From NCBI GenBank assembly GCA_964036045.1, contig OZ038378.1, positions 24,304,001 to 24,368,000 on the forward strand: DNA of 64,000 nucleotides. Reading direction: 5' to 3'. The notes beneath the pieces were generated by a model. The model did not search any database. It was not told where the DNA came from and saw only the letters and a program-made list of their open reading frames with translations. Origin of the DNA: Eutreptiella sp. 'Long Island Sound 2002'. Lineage: Eukaryota > Protista > Euglenida. Positions 1 through 10,053 of this stretch are shown here, piece by piece. How positions within the stretch are numbered: the first letter of the stretch is position 1; each line of letters opens with the position of its first letter. The position numbers and the translations under genes were made by a program.

Positions 1-300
1 ACCCCAATACCCTACCCTACACTACCCTACCCTGCACTACACTACACTACACTATACTACACTATACTACCCTACACTACCCTACCCTGCACTACACTAC
101 ACTACACTATACTACACTACACTACACTACACTACACTACACTACACTACACTACACTACACTACACTACACTACACTACACTACACTACACTACACTAC
201 ACTACACTACACTACACTACACTACACTACACTACACTGCATTGCACTGCGCGACACTGCACTGCAGTGTATTGCACTCTGCACTGCACTGCACTGCACT
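1..300. repeat. Pentanucleotide satellite, (CACTA)n with CCCTA/TACTA variants grading into (CACTG)n
   Basis: Direct reading: near-pure actacactac from about 35 to 236, CCCTA variants at the start, and ctgca/cactg units from 237 to 300. Confidence 0.95.
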
Positions 301-421
301 ACCACGGGCACCCGGAGCCGCAATCAGCACCAAGCAACTTGCGGCCAGCATTGGGTACCCGGTGATCAGCACCTTGAACCTCGCACCCGGCAAACAGCAC
401 TCGCTTACGCACGCTCAGGTG

Positions 422-443
422 CACACACACAGACACAGACACA

Positions 444-518
<75 letters not shown>
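422..518. repeat. (CA)n microsatellite with a short (CACAGA)n start
   Basis: Direct reading. It explains the HTHTHT and CVCVCV ORFs in the track. Confidence 0.97.
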
Positions 519-519
<1 letters not shown>

Positions 520-1420
520 ACAGGTCCACATGGTCACCTAGCAACCAGCCGGCATTTGGCAACCGCAACTGGTAACCGGCCCCATGCATGCGGCAATTGG
601 AAACAGCGCCCGTGCACGTATCCACACCGACACCCACATCACGTACAAAGCACCTTCACCATACATGATATTCATAAAAACGAGATACGGTCAGAAATAC
701 ATCCACACACGCATCCATACACGCACATTGCAGAACAACGCACACATGCAATCCCCAGAAGACAACAAGAGGACAAGGCTGCACAAATGATTCAGTGGTG
801 GCTGGAGGGTGGCGCAGCTCACTTAGACAGGTCAGCCTACAGGCAACGTCAAGCACCCAGACAGAGCGTTGCAGCGTACGTACGGGTGTGGTGCATCGAC
901 TTCCACAGGTGTAGCTCTGCGTGCATCCTCCCCACTACTGTCAACACGTCAGTTGCGTCACTGCTCTGGGGCCGCTGGTACTCCCAGTGGTCCTTTTTCA
1001 CATGACACTTTAGCGCCCGCATTTTCACGTGCCATTTTGGACCTAGCAGCCTCTGCTTCCTGCAGCCCCGCCGCCATTCCGGCCCCATGCCGAGCTCCCG
1101 ATGCATCTCTGTGCGGAGCAAACTCCACCCCAGGGACACCAAGACCATCTTCCAAGACAAGACCGCCGCCAAATAGAGCGGCAGGGGAATGGCGTTGACC
1201 ACCACTCCACAAATTGCAGAGCACCAGCAACACAAATACCCCCAAAACCATCAACAAGTCTTGCCCATCGTGGTCATGAGTGGTCCAATCAGCACCAAAG
1301 CCCGATGGCATGCCGCACGACTGTGCCCTCACTGCCCTTTGCCGGGAGGACGATGTGTCCGAACAGCACCCTCGACCTGCAGCCGCTGCAGCACAAGCCA
1401 ATCCAATCCCATGCCCAATT

Positions 1421-1981
1421 TCAGAAGCCGCTCCTGCCGCCCCCCTTTCCTTTTTCCGGAATCTCTCGCCATCTGCGCCATCCGCCCCCATCGGACCAGC
1501 CGCCCCCATCGGACCAGCCGCCCCCATCGCTATCAGCCCGTGACCAATCGGAATGGTCACGGTCAAATCGGTCTTGGCCCCCATTCCCCGCCCTGCCCCC
1601 CCCTCTCCCCTGTGTGCCCCATCCCCGTGTCGCGTAGCCCTCCGAGGGCCAGCCCTGCGATCCGGACTCCGCTCCCCATCTCCCTAACTGCGAATCCTGA
1701 CGGTGGCGGCGCATCTCCTTCACTTGGGTCGGGATGGGGAGCTTGTCCACCGGGTCATGGTACCGGGTCCACTGCTCGTCCAGCGGAATGTACTTCTTCA
1801 GATAAAACTTGCGCGTCCGCATGAACGCCTTCTCAAAGTTGCGACCCTCCTCCATCAGTGCCCGAATGCCATCCACCAGCCGCTCCTCCTCCTCGCAGTA
1901 CAGCGTCGTGGCCCACCCATCGGCGCCGCGCCGGGCGGTGCGCCCCAGCGTGTGCAGCAGCTCCACTGCATTCTGCGAAAA
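1421..1981 (-). CDS. DEAD-box RNA helicase (RH22-like), exon 6 (last): motif VI and Gly/Arg/Trp-rich tail
   Basis: Acceptor ttccag|TTT TCG at 1981, phase 0. Reads FSQNAVELLHTLGRTARRGADGWATTLY (motif VI variant) through to the stop at 1421. It joins exon 5 in frame (VVSYE|FSQN). Confidence 0.9.
   Translation of the reverse strand, partial: FSQNAVELLHTLGRTARRGADGWATTLYCEEEERLVDGIRALMEEGRNFEKAFMRTRKFYLKKYIPLDEQWTRYHDPVDKLPIPTQVKEMRRHRQDSQLGRWGAESGSQGWPSEGYATRGWGTQGRGGGRAGNGGQDRFDRDHSDWSRADSDGGGWSDGGGWSDGGGWRRWREIPEKGKGGGRSGF
1482..1529. repeat. 18-bp coding tandem repeat, about 2.7 copies, encoding (SDGGGW)x3 in the helicase tail
   Basis: Unit ccgcccccatcggaccag at 1482-1499 and 1500-1517, partial copy at 1518-1529. 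Confidence 0.9.
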
Positions 1982-3295
1982 CTGGAAGTCACATGGGATG
2001 ACTGAGGACTCGACAGTGGGGGATAGTGGGCCTGAAGGCGCCCTGGATCCCCGTCTGACCTCGTCCCACCGGGCAGGACGATGAGACCACCAACTGCCTG
2101 CTTTTGCCGATGGTCTGTGCGCAATGTCTCAAAATGGGGGCCTCAAAGGGGCTCAAGGTTGTTTCAATTTGCGTTTTCATCCCCAGACCGACCCCATCGT
2201 TCATGTTTTTTGGGTTCATAAGTGTGTGGTGCCTGTAGCGAATCCTAAATATCGGCGAGAACTAGTGGCAAGCAGGAAAAGACGGGCGGGGGGTCCGTAA
2301 CCAAAAAAAATTGTGCACCAAAAATGGCCCAAATTTTTCCTTCAGTAAATTTCTCTTTTCAAACCTTCAAATGTGGGTTCGGGGGGGTACAGTCCCTCCT
2401 CCTCCGGTCGTCAGCCGCTGTAATATACCCTCGACGACTGGGGACTGGGGCTCTTTCGCAGCGCGTGCAGGCGGAAGATCCCGCCATGCCTGTGTGGGTT
2501 GTGGGAGAGAAGATCCATCCCTGTGCTGGGGCACTGACGGGTCCCGCTCCAGGGACATGCGGTGGGGGCGCCCGCAGCTACTGAGCCCCGTTGGTTTGTG
2601 CTTTCATGGGCAGAGATGACTGTGTTCAAGTCCTGAGGTCGTTTGTATTTGGGCCCTGGGGATTGGGTGTTGTAGCTGCGGGGCATTGGGCCTGGGCGTT
2701 TGTGGGTTGGCTGGGACTGGGCGGTGGCGATGGGCGAGGGGGCTCACGGCGCTGAGTGTCCGGGCCTTGTGGGCCCGTCCGCATGCAGTGGTCCTGAGGA
2801 ACACCCTCTGCCATGAGAAGCCCCTCGGGCCATGTTCCGGTTTCCTCAGTAGCGCATGCCATCATCCACTTGGGAGTGGAGACCTTTTTTGTGTTGATTG
2901 GCATCTGCGCCATCGGGATTTGAAAGGGTGCTGGCAGTGGTCGGTTTTGGGGATTTTGTCTTCATTGGCAACGGATTGCGTTGGTTTGAGTCGGATTGCG
3001 AGCAGCTGTTTGCCCTGTGCGCGACGTTTGGGGGCGTGTCCCCGGCATCATCGCGGTGGGTGCAGCCCCATGGACCGCCCTGGGGCATGGTATCCGATGC
3101 ATGGCACTGGGCGGCGGGAGTTCGCAGGAGGGCCTGAGGACCGGGGGTTGGAGCTTCGGACTTGAGGGGCGGCCATGCCCCGGGGACAAGCCACCGAGAA
3201 GGCAACGAGGGGTGCAGTGCAATGGCCCCTGTTGTGAGTGTCGTGTGCAGTGTGACATGGGGAAGGGCCCAGTTGAGGGCACGGCCATGCCATAC

Positions 3296-3589
3296 CTCAT
3301 ACGAGACGACGTGCGTGACGTTGGGGAAGTCGATGCCGCGTGCCGCGAGGGGCGAGCACACAAGAATCCGCAGCTCCCCGATGCTGAACTGCCGCAGCAG
3401 CTCTGAGCGGACCTCGAACTTGACGCGGCTGTGGTACGCCTTCGCAGAGATGTCCTCCTCCGCAAGCCTGTCCAAGGCCTTGAGCACTGTCTTGCGGTTG
3501 ATGGCGAACACGAGCACGCGGTGGTCCTGCATCAACAGGGCCTCACGCACGACTTTGAGGAAGATCTTGTCCCGAGTGCGATCATCCAC
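3296..3589 (-). CDS. DEAD-box RNA helicase, exon 5: motifs IV and V
   Basis: Acceptor ccgcag|GTG at 3589, donor GAG|gtatgg at 3296, 294 nt, phase 0/0. Encodes HRVLVFAINRKT and CSPLAARGIDFPNVTHVVSYE. Confidence 0.92.
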
Positions 3590-4802
3590 CTGCGGAGGAT
3601 TGTGGGGGGTGGCGCACGTTGTGGGGGAGTTTGGGACGGCTGAGGGGCTGCGGGGCAGTGGTGCGGGTGCTTGTTGAGACAATGCGACGGGGAGGCCTTT
3701 GCGACGTGGGGGGTGCAGCGGGGGGACAACTGCATGGGCGGAGGTGGACACTCGAAGCCAGAGGCTGCGGTTCTGGAGGGGGGGGATGCCCTTGCCCCTG
3801 CCACGCCTGTGGCCTGGAGGGACGAGCCAGAGAGGGTGAAGTGCACATGTGGCATTGAATATGGTCAGCACTTTGTATGTGTCCCCTGCGGGATCTGCGC
3901 AGTATGAGCAAAGGGGTTCGGATCTGGGCCCGCGTGCCATTGCCACTCCGGGGGAGGGCGGCCAGTGTGAGTTTGTGGGGGGGAGGGGTCTGGAAAAGAG
4001 GCTCGAAGGGCCAGACCTTATTCTTTGCCTTTGGCATTGGTTCAGAAGAGATTTTTTTTGGGGGGGGGGAGCGGTGAGCCAGATTGGCTGAATCTGGTGT
4101 AAAATCACTGTTCGTTGAGCAATTCCACAAGTCCTGCGATGGTTTTGGTGGGCCCAGCCCTTGCAGCCCAATGGGAATGCGGGTTGGGGGGGCTCTGGGA
4201 AACAGGCGCAAAGGGGGGGGCCTCCCTGGGGGTTGCAATGGACGGTGGGCACAAGGAGACATGGACAAGGGGCACTCAAAAAATGATCTGTGCTACGGAA
4301 CGCAGTGCAACCCTCCCAACAGTTCCAGAGGCAGGGGATGAAATGTGGGCGCCATCAACGGGGGTACTGCTACTGCGTTCAAAGGGACGCAGATTTCCAG
4401 AGGCCATGCTGGGGACAGAGGACAGAAGGGGCATGAAACATCACCAGCAAAAGTGGTGGAATTGTGGCCCTTGCAGAAACGAAACACACTCCCTGGCACA
4501 AAAAAAACTGAACTATGAATGGGCCGTCTAATCTAAGAATAAGGCAGTCAAAGCAACAAAGACAATGCCATTGCACCACCAGCGAGGGTGGTGGAGGGCT
4601 GTTGTGAATTTGCCGGTTGCTGATTGGGGGGGGGGGGGCGGGGGGGGGGGGTTACTCATTTTGTTCCCAAAAAACACAGTCCCCAATGCGGCCCATCGTA
4701 TCAAAAGGATGCCAAAAGGTGAAGGGGAGTATGTCGTTCATTGTCCAGCTTGGCACAAAGGCACAAGGGGGCTGTGCAGGACTGCACAAGTGGTGCGGGC
4801 AC

Positions 4803-5115
4803 CTTAATGAAGCGGTGCTTGAGCCCCGCCAGAGGCCGGTGCAGATCACGGCTCTTCACCCACGTCGCATCCGGCCACTTGCTCTGCACAATCATCCGCG
4901 GGTTGTCCTCTGCCTCCCCATCGGTCCCTGGCATTGTGGCCCCAGCGAGGATGTACTGTGTGCGGGGGGTGTCCGCCCGGAGGCGGGGCTCAAATTCTGA
5001 GCGGTCCTTGATCTTGGGCCACAGCATCTCCATCGGATGACGGAACCCACTGACGAGCCAGTCCGCCTCGTCCATGACGACAAAGTCCATGAAAGAGCCT
5101 TCCAGATTGTCCGGC
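4803..5115 (-). CDS. DEAD-box RNA helicase, exon 4: motifs II (DEAD) and III
   Basis: Acceptor cctcag|G CCG at 5115 (phase 2), donor AAG|gtgccc at 4803. Encodes FVVMDEADWL and QYILAGATMP. Confidence 0.93.
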
Positions 5116-7164
5116 CTGAGGCAGGGCACAACAGCAGTGGGGGAAGGGGCATGGCACCAAGCGATTGGGGCACGACCAGAAGCGGGGCTCCGTTCCAGTG
5201 TGCACTGGCACAAGACCGGCCGCAGTCGTGTGCGTGGGGGGTAAAGGTGGGGCTAATATTCTGTTCTCAAATGGCGTAGCGTGTTCAGATCGCCCTGCAC
5301 AACAGCAAGTGATCAGGCATGGGACGCACCAGCACATGCCTCTTGGCCTTCGTCTGTTCCCCCCGGCTGCGCAAGCATGGGAACATAAAAAATGAGACTT
5401 CACGGAGATCTGCGCTCAGACAAGGCAGTGCATTGGCGCCACATGTGCAACTACTAGCACCACTATGGATGAGGTTGATAGCTCAGACCTAATCCTACAG
5501 AGTTGTGTGCATGTCAGCAGGGGTGGGAGGAGGAGGAGGAGTTCATTGGATTGGGAGTGTCGTTGTTAGCTGGTGCGACCAGCTCCCGTTCAGAATACTC
5601 AGCTCTCGGCTGGTGTACTGGTACCGTTCCACCTCTCCTCTTTTCCACCAGACCCTGACTTGTCCCTCCAATCCAATCCAACCCTCCGGAAGGCACTGCT
5701 GCACATTGAATGCCCCCATCTTGGAACAGATGTTCCTCGCATCAAAATTATCCTACATTTGCAGTGTGAGAACTGTGGTACCAATCGCATTGGCGCTCCA
5801 CCACGACGCTCTTGGAGGTATGGTAACGACCACGCCTTATATCATTGTTCGGAGCCTGAAGCGGGCGAACCACTCCACCTGCTAGTCCTGATCTGGGGAG
5901 GAAATGAAGGGGAACCGCAACATAGAAAGGGTTCGATGCCCTGCTTGAGCACTGCCAGGCGCTCTGGGCGCGCCGCGTGGCCCAGGCGGGGGCGGGCATG
6001 ACACGCTGTGTTTCTCAGCAACGACCCTCAACGGCTTTGGAAGGGAGGGGGGGGGGGGGGGCAGGCTGTGCTCTCTGGCAGCCGCCTCCCATGGACATGG
6101 AGGTGTTGAGGGTGTGGCCGGAGCCGCCGGCCCGTGGGATGACTCCCTCCCCCCCCGTCCTCCCAAGATGCCACTTACGGCGATCCTCCCCTGATGGGGC
6201 GGCACAGGACCCTCATCCCAAGCCACACCCACAAAGGGGTTCAGATGGAGAAGCCTTGGGGGGGGGGGGGGTTGCAGGCAGAAAGCCTATCTCCGCCGGT
6301 CTGCGCAGGTGCTGTGGCGTTTCAGTTGTTGTCAGCCGGCTCGTGTGTCGGGGAGGGGGTGGCGTATGGGTCCGCAAGTCGCAGGCTATCGGGGAGGGCC
6401 AAACCGGTGGTCTGCGTCCGACTGCAGTTCCCCTGCCTGCTGCTCATGGGAGTTGAATCATCAATGCCTGCAACCCATACCCAATCAACCGCAGCATTCT
6501 CTGGACCACAAACGACCATGGCAGCTGCAGAATGGGGGCGTTTCAATACCTCGACCTCTAGCGGTGCCCTTTTCAATCCATTCCATTTTCAGTCCAATTT
6601 CTCTGCCGATTATCTGTATGAAGTACTCAGCAAGTCATAATCATTTGGGTAACACTGTGATAGCGATTCAATTAACGCCTTCGCAAATATGGAGTTGTGC
6701 GCACATGTCGCTGCGTAATTGCTTATTGCTATGCTGACGTACTTTATTGCGTTCTGGTTGCCTCTCTACAGAATGTCATGGAGTGGTGGCGATTCCACTG
6801 GCACAACACTGCACATTTGCACTGTTGTTGCTCAACACTCAGCCAAGCAAGGTGCCATGAGCAGACGATCACTGTGGACAGTTAGACTGAGACCAAGATT
6901 ACTGGTGATACGGCGTTGCATGTGTGGAGTGTTCTTGATCTGAATGCCGTGCCAACTTGACAGTATTAAGATTCTGAGGGCTGTTTGAGAAGGTTTTTGG
7001 ATCTTGCAAGGTTTTACTGAGTGGAAAACGAAGGCTTCAGGGGAAAATATCATACCGGGGATAATGAGTGGGGTTCCCCATATGAAAGATACGGTACTCC
7101 CCAAACCGAAGAAAATTGCACACTGCTCCTAAAGCGATGGGAATTCATGTGACAACCAGACAAA

Positions 7165-7335
7165 AAATACCACTTTGGCCGTGACGGACCCCTTCATGTC
7201 GTGGACCACTTCATGTCGTGGCTGCGTTGTACTCTGCAGCATGTCAGTTCTCTGGCACAGGCACCACTGCATTCGTATCCGTGTCCGCAGGGTCTGTGTT
7301 GTAAGGAGGTGCTGTATGCCAATGCCGTCTGGGCA
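7165..7335. repeat. Dispersed repeat; an inverted copy lies at about 27090-27270
   Basis: aaataccactttggc.gtgacg.acccc...gttgtactctgcagcatgtcag...ggcacaggcac.actgcatt...gaggtgctgtatgccaatg.cgtctgggca occurs here on + and at 27090-27270 on -. Confidence 0.8.
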
Positions 7336-7602
7336 CGGAGCCCCCTGAGAAAGGACTGGCAGCAGTGGTAAGTGGTACACTTGCGTCCAAATTTACGCCC
7401 CCACCCTCAGAGCAAATGCACGTGGCAATGGGACTGCATTGACCCATGAAAGCCACGCTCCCACTCACGCTTGATTGGCATGCGCCCCTGGACGCACCAC
7501 CATGACCAAAGCGGTGGTGACAAGGTGGATGGCGGCGCTGGCACGGGCCCGCAGCGGCCTGGCCCTCCCTGTCCTGCGTGTCAGTGCCCCAGCGCAGCAC
7601 AC

Positions 7603-7757
7603 CAAAACTTGAGGATCTTGTCAGGTGTCCCGACCAGCAGATTGGCCTTGCCATTGGGCTGTTCCTCCCCACCTTCTTTGTACTCCGTGAGGCACTCCAC
7701 CTGCAAGACGTCCATGTCTGGGAGGGTGGCGAGGAGGCGGCGAATGATGATGCTGAC
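7603..7757 (-). CDS. DEAD-box RNA helicase, exon 3: motif Ib region
   Basis: Not in the ORF track in this frame. Acceptor ctccag|GTC at 7757, donor TG|gtgtgc at 7603, 155 nt. Reads VSIIIRRLLATLPDMDVLQVECLTEYKEGGEEQPNGKANLLVGTPDKILKF, and phases match both neighbouring exons. Confidence 0.88.
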
Positions 7758-8891
7758 CTGGAGAGAGGATGATGTTGCATATGCTGGGGAATGGGGAGAG
7801 CAGCAAGGACTGGGGCATTGGCCACCGGAAGGCCAAAGGGACAGCAGTCAATATTGAGCGCAGGGCAGTTGATTATCAAAGACCCGGCCAAATGCAGGCG
7901 GACTGGCCACGACCATCCAGCAGATGACACGTGATCAGATGGAGCTGGGCCCTACCAGGTCGTGCACTGCACGGAGCTGATTCCTACTGAGTACAGCACG
8001 TGACGGCAACGGATTTTACTGAGCGGCGCGTTGCATTGGGCTGATTCCCAACGGACCTCTGTGACCATGCCGGATACAAGTGGCATGTCTGATTGCAGAT
8101 CATCAATGCCATTTGCTGACTGCCCTTCTCTGTGACATTCAGGAGCGGCAGTGCCCTGTTGGTTGGTGGTTGGTTGGCTCAACTCAGGCACAACAGCCCC
8201 CAAAGTCGAGGCGTGTCCTTCAGGCATTTAATGCTTTGCAACCAAGGCTGCCGGGGCTGCCCTGGTCTGGGGTGAAGTTGACAGGTGCATCGTATGTTCA
8301 ATTCATTCACCATCAAATGGCCGCATGCCCAGTGATCATCAACCGCCGGCAGTTGACCATCAACCATGGTACTGCCACCTCTCATCTGCTGTCTGGCTGG
8401 CTCCCGGACAGTGTACCCCGGATGCTGTGCAACCTGTGCCGTCCCGCAAAATGGCCGTGCACCCAGTACTGTCTTGGAGTCCCCTGCGGAGAGGAATCAA
8501 AAAGGGTACATAGCCCCTGCCGTCTCAGGGGTCCCAGAGCAGGGAGGACTAGATCACAACGGCCTTTACTGCAGGAACAAAGAAAAGCACAACCCGTGTG
8601 TCTTTTTTCATTTGCTGTAACCCGTGTACACCTTTGGTGTTGATGCACATCCGCATAATTAAAACAAAGTAAGCATAACCGTACTTTTTTTTGCTGCAGC
8701 CCACGCATTGTGTACACTTCTTTGTTCTTTTATGCAGAGTAAAGGAACGTGGGTCACGCCAAACATGGCTGGCTCTTCAGGCAGCAGAGCAAGTGTCGTC
8801 CACCAGCGGCCAACAAAACAACTCCTAGATAGGCTGCGTGCAACACAAAGACAAAAAAATGGCCCTGGCGAGGACAGGCTGGGGAAATGAC

Positions 8892-9452
8892 CTGGACACA
8901 CAAGTCGCGATTGGGCTGGATAATCAGAGCCCGGACTGGGAACTTGGCACCAGCTTCGACAGCAAGGAGCATGCGGTGCAGGATCGGCACAAGATACGCC
9001 AGGGTCTTACCAGCGCCAGTCTCAGCGGCAATGACCACGTCATCGCCGCTGTCGACAACTGAAAATGCGGCGGTCTGGATGGGAGAGGGGCTGAGGAACC
9101 CGACGTCTTCCAGCGCTTTCGAGAGGGCGTCGCATGTGCCGATATCGCGGAAGGATTTTACGCTGTTGTACCGCGTGCGGGTGCGGATGATGGTCTTGGG
9201 GGCCTCAGGCCGTGGCATGTGCATCTGCTTCACGGCGACCCCTGCGGGCTGCACATTCTTGGTCCCATCGTCCTCCAGCCCTGGCGCACCATCCTCATTA
9301 CTGAGCGCCCCCAGAAGCGCGTCCTCCGATCCACCAATCGACTCCACAAGGGAGTGCTCGTACTGTGCATCCTCATCCATCAACTCCTTGCTCTGCCATG
9401 CCTCGTACTGTGGGCCCTCTCCCCGATAGCGAGAGTAGTACTGCTTGCGGGC
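8892..9452 (-). CDS. DEAD-box RNA helicase, exon 2: Q motif, motif I, motif Ia
   Basis: GFLSPSPIQ, AAETGAGKT, QPNRDLCVQ. Donor CAG|gtcatt at 8892. The acceptor is most likely gtgcag|GCC at 9452, after a long pyrimidine tract; alternatives are 9473 (phase 0) or 9574 (phase 1). Confidence 0.9.
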
Positions 9453-10053
9453 CTGCACGACAAACAGCATTTGCTGCCGTAGGGAAAAGGGTGTGGCAGA
9501 GGCGGTGCAGAGAGCAATGGAGAACAATGCAAGCAAGGCCAAATACATTGGGAAAGAAAAAGCAAAGGGAGCCCCTGAAACCGGCACGCATTCACATGCA
9601 TTGGCTGTCCACTGTGCAGAGTCCTTGGGGATACCATCTTGCTCCCATTGGGCAGCTTGTGAGTCTTGCAGTCGTCCACACCACCATCGTTTGCAATGCC
9701 ACTTTGCTTCTTAGCACATGACCTCCCCAAGATGTGCTGCATAGGTCTGCCCACCTCCTCTCCATAGGTGCTGACGTGGACAAGGTTCTAGGTGTGGTGC
9801 TCCGTGGTAGTGAAGGTGAATGTGTGATGCAAGTCATCTCACAGCAAGATTCAGCGCATCGACGGGAGCGAGGGAACCAATGTGGTGGCAAAGGCAAAGG
9901 AGGCAAAGGCAAAGGAGGTCCACCCTCCGGCAGGGCGTTCGTCTCATCCGGTGCCAGTAGTGCTAGCTCTAGCTCATCAGCAGCCCCGTCCAGAGTGGCT
10001 TCATCTTCGCCAATGGAGTGTGATGCGCAACTCAAGTTCACCAAGAGGAAGCG

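Noticed and set aside
1-60. Telomere (ccctaccctac resembles CCCTAA)
   Set aside because: The period is 5 (CCCTA/CACTA), not the 6-bp TTAGGG repeat, and it merges into an ordinary pentamer satellite.
242-637. His/Thr- and Cys/Val-rich ORFs
   Set aside because: These are translations of the (CA)n microsatellite.
958-1584. Collagen-like ORF (MGAAGP)x3
   Set aside because: It is an alternative frame of the 18-bp repeat within the helicase last exon; the helicase frame is fixed by motif VI and splice phase.
2846-4279. 477-aa continuous helicase ORF
   Set aside because: Only 3296-3589 has helicase motifs and it is bounded by clean AG/GT sites; the flanks are GC-rich intron read-through.
9453-9587. 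MYLALLALFSIALCTASA as the helicase's own signal peptide
   Set aside because: The F/L/S/P-rich stretch coincides with a pyrimidine tract ending at AG acceptors, and a complete class I presequence exon exists upstream. It remains possible only as an alternative isoform.
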